Of a stretch of DNA of 33,361 nucleotides, positions 1 through 8,260 are shown in pieces (position 1 is the first letter of the stretch; each line of letters starts with the position of its first letter). This DNA is from Pseudomonadales bacterium (GTDB taxonomy: Bacteria; Pseudomonadota; Gammaproteobacteria; Pseudomonadales; UBA3067): the NCBI GenBank assembly GCA_016763235.1, contig JAESUE010000045.1, forward strand, positions 1 to 33,361, in the 5' to 3' direction. The translations under genes were made by a program, and so were the position numbers. The notes under the pieces were generated by a model that saw only the letters and a program-made list of their open reading frames with translations, had not been told where the DNA came from and searched no databases.

Positions 1-1
1 C

Positions 2-190
2 TCGCTACTGGATGCCAGCCAATTCGTGCAAACTGTGGAGCACCGTCAAGGTTTGAAAGTTGCGTGCCTTGAGGAAATAGCCTTCCAGAATGACTGGATA
101 AGCAAAGAGCAACTTGCGAAAAAAGCAGATGCACTGAAAAAAACCGGTTACGGCGAATACCTGCGTAAAATCCTCAACGGATATTGCTAA
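2..190 (+). CDS. rmlA: Glucose-1-phosphate thymidylyltransferase (RmlA/RfbA), C-terminal fragment; the 5' end lies outside the window
   Basis: Frame 2 is open from the window edge and reads SLLDASQFVQTVEHRQGLKVACLEEIAFQNDWISKEQLAKKADALKKTGYGEYLRKILNGYC*, the characteristic RmlA C-terminal tail. Stop TAA is at 188-190, and rmlC and rmlD follow directly. Confidence 0.85.
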   Translation, partial: SLLDASQFVQTVEHRQGLKVACLEEIAFQNDWISKEQLAKKADALKKTGYGEYLRKILNGYC

Positions 191-203
191 GAGTACCGTT
201 AAA

Positions 204-740
204 ATGAAAGTAATAGATACACAGATTAATGATGTAAAAATCATCGAGCCAAAAATTTTTGGTGATGAAAGAGGCTTCTTTCTAGAAACATTCCAAGCTG
301 AACGTTATCAGGAAATGGCCGGTATAGAACTGCCCTTTGTACAAGACAACCATTCCCGATCATCCAAAGGCGTACTCAGAGGCCTACACTTTCAAAAAAC
401 GCACCCCCAGGGAAAGCTTGTAAGAGTCGTTAAAGGCGAAGTTTTCGATGTCGCCGTGGATATTCGCAAAGATTCACCCACCTACGGCCAATGGAGCGGT
501 GTCATTTTATCTGAAGAAAACAAGCGTCAATTTTGGGTGCCACCTGGGCTGGCCCACGGTTTTGTCGTTCTCTCTGAGCTTGCTGACTTTGAATACAAGT
601 GCACTGAATACTATGCCCCTTCTGATGAAGGCTGCTTGATATGGAATGATTCCAGTGTAAACATAGACTGGCCCATAGACACTCCTTTGCTTTCAGAAAA
701 GGACAAAGCAGGCCTACCTTTTACCGAGTTAACGCTATGA
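204..740 (+). CDS. rmlC: dTDP-4-dehydrorhamnose 3,5-epimerase
   Basis: The 178-aa ORF carries RmlC hallmarks (FGDERGFFLETF, RGLHFQ, QGKLVRV, FWVPPGLAHGF). Its stop overlaps the rmlD start (ATGA at 737-740). Confidence 0.95.
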   Translation: MKVIDTQINDVKIIEPKIFGDERGFFLETFQAERYQEMAGIELPFVQDNHSRSSKGVLRGLHFQKTHPQGKLVRVVKGEVFDVAVDIRKDSPTYGQWSGVILSEENKRQFWVPPGLAHGFVVLSELADFEYKCTEYYAPSDEGCLIWNDSSVNIDWPIDTPLLSEKDKAGLPFTELTL

Positions 741-1621
741 AAATATTATTAACGGGGGGGATGGACGGGCAAGTCGGCTGGGAAATAATACGCCTCGCAA
801 AAAGCACATCCCACCAACTCATTCCGCTTACCCGCGACCAACTCGATATCACTCACGAGGAAAGCATCCATAAAGCGATAGAGCACCATTCGCCAGATAT
901 CGTTATTAATGCTGCCGCCTACACCGCCGTTGATAAAGCGGAAGAAGATCATGAGATAGCGTATAAAGTGAACCGAGATGGCACCCTCTTCTTGGCACAA
1001 GCGTGTAATAAACATGGCATCCCTCTGCTGCATATTTCTACCGACTATGTTTTCGATGGAGAAAAAAGCACGCCCTATGAAGTTGATGATGCTCCTGCCC
1101 CCCAAAGCGTTTACGGGCTCAGCAAATGGGAAGGCGAAGAATACTTAAGAAATGAACTCAGCCAGCACATTATCTTACGCACTAGCTGGGTTTTCGGGCG
1201 TCACGGAAATAACTTTGTAAAAACCATACTTCGTATAGGGAGCGACCGGGATGAACTCAAGGTGGTCGCTGATCAACAAGGCGCACCAACATCGGCTCAC
1301 AGCATCGCGGCTTGCTTGCTTGAATTGTGTGATCGTTATGAACAGGATAAAAACTTGCCATGGGGTACTTATCATTTCACCGGCTCCCCCGAAAGCACTT
1401 GGTTTGAATTTGCACAAAGCATTTTTAGCGAAGGGAAGAAGCTGGGCCTGCTAGACCACGATGTGAAGGTATTACCCATTAATACCGAAGACTACCCCAC
1501 ATTGGCGAAACGTCCGGCTAATTCGCGGCTTTCAATGCAGCTCACAAAAAGCCGCCTAAAAGTTGAAACTCCTAATTGGAAAAATGACTTAGTGGAGGTT
1601 CTTCAATATTTAAAAGGCTGA
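737..1621 (+). CDS. rmlD: dTDP-4-dehydrorhamnose reductase
   Basis: The 294-aa ORF has an N-terminal Rossmann motif (ILLTGGMDGQVG) and the STDYVFDG and YGLSK catalytic motifs typical of RmlD. It is translationally coupled to rmlC. Confidence 0.93.
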   Translation: MKILLTGGMDGQVGWEIIRLAKSTSHQLIPLTRDQLDITHEESIHKAIEHHSPDIVINAAAYTAVDKAEEDHEIAYKVNRDGTLFLAQACNKHGIPLLHISTDYVFDGEKSTPYEVDDAPAPQSVYGLSKWEGEEYLRNELSQHIILRTSWVFGRHGNNFVKTILRIGSDRDELKVVADQQGAPTSAHSIAACLLELCDRYEQDKNLPWGTYHFTGSPESTWFEFAQSIFSEGKKLGLLDHDVKVLPINTEDYPTLAKRPANSRLSMQLTKSRLKVETPNWKNDLVEVLQYLKG

Positions 1622-1675
1622 TAAGCGAGAAACAAAACAGCCCCAAAGAAACACCCTCTTAACGAAAAGTGGAAT

Positions 1676-1766
1676 GTAACTATTCAGATCATGCTCACAT
1701 TTGTCGCCTTGCTCTGCTCGCATTTAAACGCAATCTGAACAGCTACAGAGTTCGCTGAGGTGTTAC
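1676..1766 (-). mobile_element. MITE-like mosaic repeat, 91-bp variant (copy a), GTAAC...GTTAC termini
   Basis: The reverse complement aligns with the 141-bp copies at 12702 and 14763 (gtaacacctcagcgaactctgtagctgttcagattgcgtttaaatgcgagcagagcaaggcgacaaatgtgag...ctgaatagttac) but carries internal deletions. It is flanked by a perfect 8-bp direct repeat AGTGGAAT at 1668-1675 and 1767-1774. Confidence 0.85.
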
Positions 1767-1779
1767 AGTGGAATCTCCT

Positions 1780-2640
1780 TTATGCGGCAGATTCTACTTT
1801 CCTTTCCTTAAGCCCTGTTTGCACCATGCTAAGATCCCAAAGCTTGGCCGCCACTGTTTTATCGTAGCTTTCCTCCGATGAAGCAAGCGGTTTTTTATCC
1901 ATAAAATACTTACCGTTCATTACTTCCAGCTCTGGAGCGCTGGCCAAATAAAGAGGCGTTTCAGCGCCTTTGTGCGGAGACTTCATGAAAACTTTAATAA
2001 AACCCGGCGTAGAACCAATATTGGAACCGATAACACCAGGGTGAAGGCAGTTGACTGTTACACCTGTTCCCTCTAGACGTTCTGCCAAGGAATAGGTAAA
2101 CATAATGTTTGCCAATTTTGATGCTGCATAGGTTTTAAAAGGTCCAAATTTTTTCTCAGCCTGCAGGTTATCAAAATCAATCGAGTTCATTGTATGCATT
2201 TTTGAGGTGATATTAATAATGCGCGCCGGACTACTTGCCTTTAACTTATCAAGTAGCAAGTGCGTCAACAGAAAGGGGCCAAGATGGTGTACGGCATACT
2301 GAATTTCATAACCCTCTGCGGTGAGTTGCCGCTTGGATAACATCACGCCTGCATTATTGATTAATACATGAAGATGGGGGTAATTTTGATTCACCTGATC
2401 GGCTAAGTTCCGCACTGAATCCATTAGAGACATATCAGCAATTAAAAGGTCGATACGGTCATTGCCGGTATCCTGAATAAGCTGCTTACGCGCTTCTTCA
2501 CCACGATGGCTATCTCTGCAGACAAGAATCAGGTCAGCGCCTAATGTCGCCAAACCCTTGGCAGTTTCAAAGCCAATCCCAGCATTAGCCCCAGTCACAA
2601 GACAGGTTTTACCCACCATATCGGTTAATATATTTTGCAT
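1780..2640 (-). CDS. Short-chain dehydrogenase/reductase (SDR) family oxidoreductase, retinol-dehydrogenase-like
   Basis: The 286-aa ORF has the TGANAGIG cofactor motif, NNAG, and a YxxxK catalytic motif (YAASK). An AAGGGA Shine-Dalgarno lies about 9 nt upstream of the ATG at 2640. Confidence 0.9.
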   Translation of the reverse strand: MQNILTDMVGKTCLVTGANAGIGFETAKGLATLGADLILVCRDSHRGEEARKQLIQDTGNDRIDLLIADMSLMDSVRNLADQVNQNYPHLHVLINNAGVMLSKRQLTAEGYEIQYAVHHLGPFLLTHLLLDKLKASSPARIINITSKMHTMNSIDFDNLQAEKKFGPFKTYAASKLANIMFTYSLAERLEGTGVTVNCLHPGVIGSNIGSTPGFIKVFMKSPHKGAETPLYLASAPELEVMNGKYFMDKKPLASSEESYDKTVAAKLWDLSMVQTGLKERKVESAA

Positions 2641-2730
2641 GATTAAAATCCCTTTTTAAATCTTTTGATCAAAGACAAGATAACTATTTGTTAAAATCCC
2701 TGATCCCATATTATTTTTATTGCTTACGCA

Positions 2731-2778
2731 GTAATTATCCAGCTTGCGCGTGAATTTAAGCGTGAGCTGAATAGTTAC
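2731..2778. repeat. 48-bp hairpin unit of the GTAAC repeat family (copy b), somewhat degenerate
   Basis: The sequence gtaattatccagcttgcgcgtgaatttaagcgtgagctgaatagttac is an imperfect palindrome. Its right arm is identical to the right end of the 141-bp copy at 14763. I found no recognisable TSD. Confidence 0.75.
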
Positions 2779-2792
2779 AGTGCTTTTTTATA

Positions 2793-3868
2793 TCACGAAG
2801 CGACTGGGATTACCTTGCTTTTCTCCATCAAGGAAATTCCTAAAGCAGTCCTTTTAGCAATCAAACGATATGCTTGGGCAATCTCACCGTCTGGCTCAGC
2901 GATAACGGTAGGACAACCGCCATCGACTTGCTCACGTATAGAAAGAGCAAGGGGCAGCGCACCTAGCAAGACAGTGTCATAAGTCTCAGCAATTCGAGAG
3001 CCGCCCTGCTCGCCAAATATATGCTCTTCATGCCCACACTGACTACAGGTGTGCACGCTCATATTCTCCACAACACCCAATATTGGTATATGCACCTTGG
3101 CGAACATTTCTATGGCTTTTTTGCATCAAGAAGAGCGATATCTTGCGGCGTCGTAACCACCACCGCACCGGTAACCGGAATCTGCTGTGCAAGGGTTAGC
3201 TGGATATCCCCTGTGCCCGGTGGCAAATCAATGATGAGATAATCAAGGTCGTCCCAAACGGTTTGCTGGCAAAGCTGCAGCAAGGCACCACTCGCTTTAG
3301 GGCCGCGCCATACTATCGGTGTATTTTCAGTCACCAGGTTCCCCATAGAAAGGGATTGAACACCATACCGAGTAATGGGTTTAAAATATTTACCGTCAAT
3401 CTGCTCGGGGCGAATATCATCACCGATGCCCAGCATCATAGGAATACTCGGCCCGTAGATGTCTGCATCGAGAATACCCACGCGTGCGCCTTCTTGAGTC
3501 AGCGCCAGAGCCAGATTCACGCTGGTGGTTGACTTGCCTACGCCCCCTTTACCCGATGCTACGGCAATAATATTTTTCACGTTCGCCATCGGAGACTTAT
3601 CTCCACATGGTGAATGGGAGAAAATCGTTGAGCGTACAGAAATAGTAACGTTTTCCACATTAAGCAGTGTTTTTATTTCTCTCTGCAGGTCTTTAACAAC
3701 AAGAGGGCGAATGCCATCCGAAGGGAAATCTAAAGTAATTTCCACATCACAGCGGCCACTCTCTAGCACCACTTGAAACTGCCCCCCTAATTCGCTAATG
3801 CTGATTCCCACGTCGGGAAGCTCATAATTTTGCACCAATTCCTCGACAAGACCCAAGGTAGCACCCAT
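2793..3868 (-). pseudogene. apbC: Mrp/ApbC-type iron-sulfur cluster carrier ATPase, reading frame broken by a 1-nt frameshift in an A6 run (T6 at 3117-3122 on the + strand)
   Basis: ORF 3110..3877 ends ...TTPQDIALLDAKKP* and ORF 2793..3107 starts MFAKVHIPILGVVENMS. Together they form one Mrp/ApbC protein, with Walker A GKGGVGKST and the CxxC motif CSQC. One extra A, or a -1 slip, gives DAKKAIEMFAKV. The likely true start is the ATG at 3868 with an AAGGA Shine-Dalgarno; the tracked start at 3877 is GTG. Confidence 0.85.
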
Positions 3869-4060
3869 AAAACACACTCCTTTAACCGCAAGAGGCTAAA
3901 TAAGCCCTTGCGTAAACAAACTTACCGAATGGAAAACACTCATCAACTAACTAAGAAAACCGACAAACTAAATAAGGACTATAAAATCTTCTAGACTGTA
4001 GAGAGCCCCTTAAGAAGTTGCTCCCTTCACTTTTGAGCGAACTGGCCGATATAAACCAAT

Positions 4061-4200
4061 AGGCAGCTCTAAAAATAGTAATTTTTTCGTGAGAGCAAGG
4101 AAGTACCGCACGGAGAACCACAGTGTATAAGGTATACATGAGGATTCGAATACGGAACTGACGCGGCTATCGCGGAAAAAGTGCATTTTTAGAGCTGCCC
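4061..4200. repeat. 140-bp element bounded by 16-bp terminal inverted repeats (A/G)GGCAGCTCTAAAAAT; second repeat family
   Basis: The arm at 4061-4076 (aggcagctctaaaaat) is the reverse complement of the arm at 4185-4200 (atttttagagctgccc). The same arm recurs at 9820-9835. It sits in the divergent mrp / lipoprotein intergenic region. Confidence 0.7.
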
Positions 4201-4246
4201 ATAAGAACCTCATCATAGGCACAACCATAGCGAAAAATACTATTTT

Positions 4247-5971
4247 ATGGCCAAGCTCTCGAAAACTGCATTAAAAAACAGCCTGATACCCGCCTTGATG
4301 ACCCTTGTGATCATTGGCAGTGGCTGCAGCAATATCCCGACTCCGGCATCTGATGCATCACCCAGAAGCATCAGTCACCCACGCCTAAACTATGAGGACG
4401 GACTAACAACCCTTCTCACGCAGCCCGAAGCAAGGCAAGTGGCCTTAGATTTTGCCGCCACAAAACGTGACTCTCAAACCTATCAGCGAGGGCATTCTAG
4501 CACTATCGATTACAGCAACGACACAAGCACACAGGAACTCACAAAAAGCTGGCACACTCTGGATATGGGTTTATACGATGTACTAACGGGAACACGAAAA
4601 TCCAGCTCCAACGCAATCAGTTTAAAGGAAAATAAAACAGTTGCCAGTTTTATACAAATGAACCAGAACACCCTTATTGCCACAAACTTCACCACTAACT
4701 TTTATGGCGCAGCAACGAAACAAAAATTTGCTCGACGCCAGCAGCTTATCAAACATTCAGTTCTCGCATTACGCCGTTTACCACAAACCGTTAAAAATGC
4801 CACATCCTTACTTGAAATTGAACAACAACTGGCGAGCTTAGATCAACTTTATAAAATCATTGACTCAAACGCGCAATCATTAAACCTTTCAACGAAAGGT
4901 GCAAAAAATAGAACAAATAAATTAAAAGCACACTTTTACACCCAAATACCAGCACCCCATGATGTAATCATGAAGCACCCACACATTATTAATATAATGA
5001 TGAACAGCCTTGAAAATACATTGACACATAACACAGGAAGTAATATTGAATCAGAAAACTATGAACACTTATGGGACTTATATTTTCCAAGTTATGCCTA
5101 CCGGATACCTATAAATGCAGCAGAAGAATCGCCAGCGTTAGAAACATGGAATGAATCTTCAAAAATTCTTATTAAGGAATTAAAAAGTGCTGCGATAAAC
5201 ATCCATACGGAAACACAATCCACACCGCGAGGCGTCAATTACACAAAGGAAAGTAAAAACCATAAAATAAAACGCGAACAACTTTTTGAAATAGCAATGA
5301 TGGCACGACTTCGTATCGCAATATTGGACTACGCCAATCGTTACGATGAAATCAAAACACTCATGCAACAAGTAAATCTTCAAAAAACTCTTACACCGAG
5401 GCTCAACGTTAGCATCCTTCAAGATCATGAAAACGTACTCAACAACATACGTTTATGCTCGCTTGAAATACAAACTCATATTGCATATGGAGAACTTATG
5501 AGCAGCCTTATTAGAGCCAATGCCAGTGTAAACGCTAATAACCCTTTAGCATCAGATGTGGAATCCGTATTTATTACCGCGAACACACCAAATACCGGAA
5601 AAAAATTGGGCAATATCACACACCAGAAAAAAAACCAAACAAGCTCCACTCAAACAGGAGAGCCAAGCCATCATGTAGAAACTCTTTCCACGCTTCGACC
5701 CAATAGGAAACTAGATCAGCAAATTTTTGAAAATAACGACCAATATGGCATACGGCTTTTATATGCCAGAAGTCATGCCGAATTTGCAGCCCATCGCAGT
5801 TACAGTGGCCTACGAGACCTTCCTTACCGCACTCAACTCAAGGGTTATGACACGCATTACTCCATTTACTACGCCACCTACCCATCACAACAAGCGGCAC
5901 GTCAAGGCTTGAAACAAATCCCTCAGTTCTACCAGCTTTTCAAGCCTGAAATAAAACGCCTGCCAAATTAA
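4247..5971 (+). CDS. Hypothetical lipoprotein with a C-terminal SPOR-like (peptidoglycan-binding) domain
   Basis: The 574-aa ORF has a signal peptide plus lipobox (LVIIGSG|C). It has a long Asn/Thr/Gln-rich, largely helical-looking middle with no motif I recognise. The last ~75 aa (YGIRLLYARSHAEFAAH...YSIYYATYPSQQAARQGLKQIP) fit the SPOR repeat pattern. The gene is AT-rich relative to its neighbours and has no clear Shine-Dalgarno. Confidence 0.7.
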   Translation: MAKLSKTALKNSLIPALMTLVIIGSGCSNIPTPASDASPRSISHPRLNYEDGLTTLLTQPEARQVALDFAATKRDSQTYQRGHSSTIDYSNDTSTQELTKSWHTLDMGLYDVLTGTRKSSSNAISLKENKTVASFIQMNQNTLIATNFTTNFYGAATKQKFARRQQLIKHSVLALRRLPQTVKNATSLLEIEQQLASLDQLYKIIDSNAQSLNLSTKGAKNRTNKLKAHFYTQIPAPHDVIMKHPHIINIMMNSLENTLTHNTGSNIESENYEHLWDLYFPSYAYRIPINAAEESPALETWNESSKILIKELKSAAINIHTETQSTPRGVNYTKESKNHKIKREQLFEIAMMARLRIAILDYANRYDEIKTLMQQVNLQKTLTPRLNVSILQDHENVLNNIRLCSLEIQTHIAYGELMSSLIRANASVNANNPLASDVESVFITANTPNTGKKLGNITHQKKNQTSSTQTGEPSHHVETLSTLRPNRKLDQQIFENNDQYGIRLLYARSHAEFAAHRSYSGLRDLPYRTQLKGYDTHYSIYYATYPSQQAARQGLKQIPQFYQLFKPEIKRLPN

Positions 5972-6146
5972 TCACTTACACTACCAATCGAACGGCCGAA
6001 ACAGCTATTCGACTGGTAGCATTCCCCTCTTTTTCAGGTATGATACGGTGTTTTACGAAACCCCTCATGGATGAGTTATTATCTTAGGCTCCATAGCCTT
6101 GGTAGATTCTCTGTAAATACCACCAACACTTGCGCAGTAGGTAGTC

Positions 6147-6953
6147 ATGTCAACCAATAACACAGTAAAGGTAAAGCTCGGCCCCGTACAAGAAACCATG
6201 CTTATCCCTCTTTTTTACCGGTCATTAGAACTAAGCCAGCCAGATCCCATCGTTCGAGATGAAATGGCGAAAAATGTGATAGACCAAATAGACTATGACT
6301 TTAACGAACTAGCAAAAAGCTTTGATGGCGATGGCCTTGCTTTTCCCATACGCGCCGCTACATTTGACCACCTCATCAAAGAGTTTATTGAGAAAAACCC
6401 TGAAGCCACGATTATTAACCTCGGAGCAGGCTTAGATACAACGTTCTTTCGTGTAGATAACGGAAAAATTCATTGGTACGACATAGATTTAGCCGACAGC
6501 ATTGAACTACGCCGTCAATTCATTGATGAAACGGATCGCCTCAAATTTATCTCCTGCTCGGCTTTTGATCCGACCTGGTTTAAAGAAATCAAGCGCCGTG
6601 ACAAAGGCATCTTTATTATGTCTGGCGGCATGTTTATTTATTTTGAACATTCTGAAATTCAAGACCTCATTAGCAAAATGGCTAACGAGTTTCCTGAATC
6701 AGAATTGGTTTTTGATACGGTATCAAATTTCTTTCGTTTTCGTCGTTTCAAAAAAATCGGCATAAAATGGGGAGTATGGGGCGCCTACACCATAAACCGA
6801 ATCAAGAATTCACATATGCTTGGGGCATTTTATTATCTAAATCAATATCGCGATCGATGGGATACCCCTCTTACACGTCACTATCCTTATTACATTAAAC
6901 CCTTATTGATGATCACCCCCGGGATGTATCATTTAAAATTGAGCGCTGATTAA
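6147..6953 (+). CDS. Class I SAM-dependent methyltransferase (COG3315 / TcmP-like O-methyltransferase family)
   Basis: The 268-aa ORF has the family's N-terminal pattern (ETMLIPLFYRS...DPIVRD) and the SAM-binding motif I (IINLGAGLDT). Confidence 0.75.
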   Translation: MSTNNTVKVKLGPVQETMLIPLFYRSLELSQPDPIVRDEMAKNVIDQIDYDFNELAKSFDGDGLAFPIRAATFDHLIKEFIEKNPEATIINLGAGLDTTFFRVDNGKIHWYDIDLADSIELRRQFIDETDRLKFISCSAFDPTWFKEIKRRDKGIFIMSGGMFIYFEHSEIQDLISKMANEFPESELVFDTVSNFFRFRRFKKIGIKWGVWGAYTINRIKNSHMLGAFYYLNQYRDRWDTPLTRHYPYYIKPLLMITPGMYHLKLSAD

Positions 6954-6992
6954 GGCGTATACAAAAGCACTGATGGCTGGCTACTGACAGCC

Positions 6993-7031
6993 AAAAAAGC
7001 CGAGCTACTTATAAAGTCGCTCGGCTTTTTT
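6993..7031. terminator. Bidirectional Rho-independent terminator between convergent genes
   Basis: The sequence is aaaaaaGCCGAGCTACTTataAAGTCGCTCGGCtttttt. It forms a 12-bp stem with one mismatch and a 3-nt loop, flanked by A6 on one side and T6 on the other. Confidence 0.85.
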
Positions 7032-7126
7032 ATTGAAAAACTTTGTCGCTTAATAGTGCTAATTAAGCCGCTTATCCGTATTCATATGGATTAACGGTTC
7101 GAGGCCCACGCTGGGCTATTCTGGTA

Positions 7127-7975
7127 TTAACTATCTCCCTGAAAAATATCTTTTTTAACCGCATTTGACTGAAATTGAGCTTGCTCTTTTTTTGCCTTCG
7201 CCCCAAATGCCTCCATCATATCGCTGCCATGAAACATCGCAGCTTGCCAAGTAGACATAAAACGCAGACTGTCCGCCACACTATGGTCACGGCTATAATT
7301 AATCATCTCTTTGCAACCACTTACCACCAAAGGCGAATGACCCGCTATCGAACGGGCAATTTCCAGCACCCCTTCCACAAGCGCATTAGCATTTTCGTAA
7401 ACATTGTTAACAAGGCCAATTCGTTTCGCTTCTTGGGCATCAACCTTACGCCCTGTGTAAGCCATTTCCTTTAAAACCCCCAAGGGAATCATATGAGGAA
7501 GCCTTTGCAGCGTACCCAAATCAGCCACAAGTCCAATATTGGTTTCTGCAATCGTAAAGTACGCATCTTCACTACAGTAAACGCAGTCACTCGCAGCAAG
7601 TAAATCTAAAGCACCGCCAATACATGCTCCCTGCACGGCACACAAAACGGGAAAGCGGGCTTGCTCCAGTGCAGTAAATGCATCTTGCAGACCTTCAACA
7701 AAATGCCGGAATTTTTCCCGCTGCCGCCCTATTTCCAAACTCTTATCCTGTAAAGATGGGTCAGAGAAAACGCTCAAGTCCATCCCTGAGCAAAAATGCT
7801 TCCCCTGAGAAGATATAAGCAGAACCCGCGTCTCCCCCTCTGAATCAAGCTTCCTAACGAGTGCTGGCAGCTCTTTCCAGAACTCCGGAATCATTGAGTT
7901 TCGTTTTTCTGGTCTACTTAGCTCCAGATGAGCCACCCCATTATCCTGAATTAGTTTAAAGCACTGAAAATCCAT
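7127..7975 (-). CDS. Enoyl-CoA hydratase/isomerase (crotonase) family protein, dienoyl-CoA isomerase (ECH1)-like
   Basis: The protein shows a crotonase fold signature (LSRPEKRNSM, GKHFCSGMDL, QGACIGGALDL). I place the start at the internal ATG at 7975 (MDFQCF...), preceded by GGGAGAA, rather than at the tracked start 8071. Confidence 0.85.
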   Translation of the reverse strand: MDFQCFKLIQDNGVAHLELSRPEKRNSMIPEFWKELPALVRKLDSEGETRVLLISSQGKHFCSGMDLSVFSDPSLQDKSLEIGRQREKFRHFVEGLQDAFTALEQARFPVLCAVQGACIGGALDLLAASDCVYCSEDAYFTIAETNIGLVADLGTLQRLPHMIPLGVLKEMAYTGRKVDAQEAKRIGLVNNVYENANALVEGVLEIARSIAGHSPLVVSGCKEMINYSRDHSVADSLRFMSTWQAAMFHGSDMMEAFGAKAKKEQAQFQSNAVKKDIFQGDS

Positions 7976-8260
7976 TTTTTCTCCCAGTTTATTTTGCGAC
8001 TCTAGAATAACGATTGACCCACCCGAAGTGGCTAAAGAAGTAAGTATTTCAAAACAAGCGCCCTGCTTCAATCGCCTAATACTACCTTTTTAAAGGTATT
8101 TGATCGATAATCACCGGTTTCGTGAAATGACAATGGCTCAATTAACCTTGTGATTGGCCAACAAAGATCACAAAGAGAAAACAATAATCGTTAACATAGG
8201 CGCAAGAAAGATGCGCCTGAAAGTGATTACAAACAACTACTTGCTGTAAGGTTTACCTCT

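Noticed and set aside
749-1105. A 118-aa antisense ORF inside rmlD. Many similar shadow ORFs appear in the track, for example 448-639, 1175-1417, 3021-3242, 3263-3532, 3525-3776, 8405-8787, 8974-9454, 10322-10633, 11450-11818, 15414-15698, 19136-19877, 21197-21544, 27554-28177 and 30140-32227.
   Set aside because: Each lies entirely within, or in another frame or strand of, a gene with strong family signatures. None has a recognisable motif or convincing Shine-Dalgarno. They are typical of long open antisense frames.
1676-2778. Repeat copies bracket single genes or modules: SDR 1780-2640 between copies a and b, csoR-copZ-copA between c and d, SDR 14938-15705 between e and f, and the 79-aa ORF between h and i. 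This raised the idea of MITE-flanked composite transposons or integron-like gene cassettes, with the palindromes as attC sites.
   Set aside because: Individual elements carry their own 8-bp TSDs (a, d, e, f), which indicates independent insertions rather than mobilisation of the bracketed segment. There is no integrase or attI. Gene orientations are mixed, neighbours are core housekeeping genes, and the termini do not fit the attC RYYYAAC/GTTRRRY cores with a cassette structure. With 10 copies across about 27 intergenic gaps, adjacent occupancy is not surprising.
4143-4156. A tRNA T-loop-like string GGATTCGAATAC inside the 140-bp element, and GGTTCGAGG at about 7096.
   Set aside because: No complementary T-stem, acceptor stem or anticodon arm can be drawn around either. 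These are not tRNA genes or obvious tRNA fragments.
3951-4228. Two overlapping minus-strand ORFs (62 and 72 aa) in the mrp / lipoprotein intergenic region.
   Set aside because: They run through the 140-bp TIR repeat element, overlap each other in different frames, have no Shine-Dalgarno and yield low-complexity, Cys/Phe-rich translations. Most likely non-coding.
7976-8071. Longer N-terminal extensions suggested by the ORF track: crotonase from 8071, ppiA from 14660, RND pump from 29853, mrp from the GTG at 3877, and LysR from the TTG at 22408.
   Set aside because: In each case an internal ATG has a better-placed Shine-Dalgarno and yields the N-terminus typical of the family, such as the signal peptide for PpiA or MNQQP...WMAHNPVAANLLML for the pump. 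The extensions add non-conserved residues.
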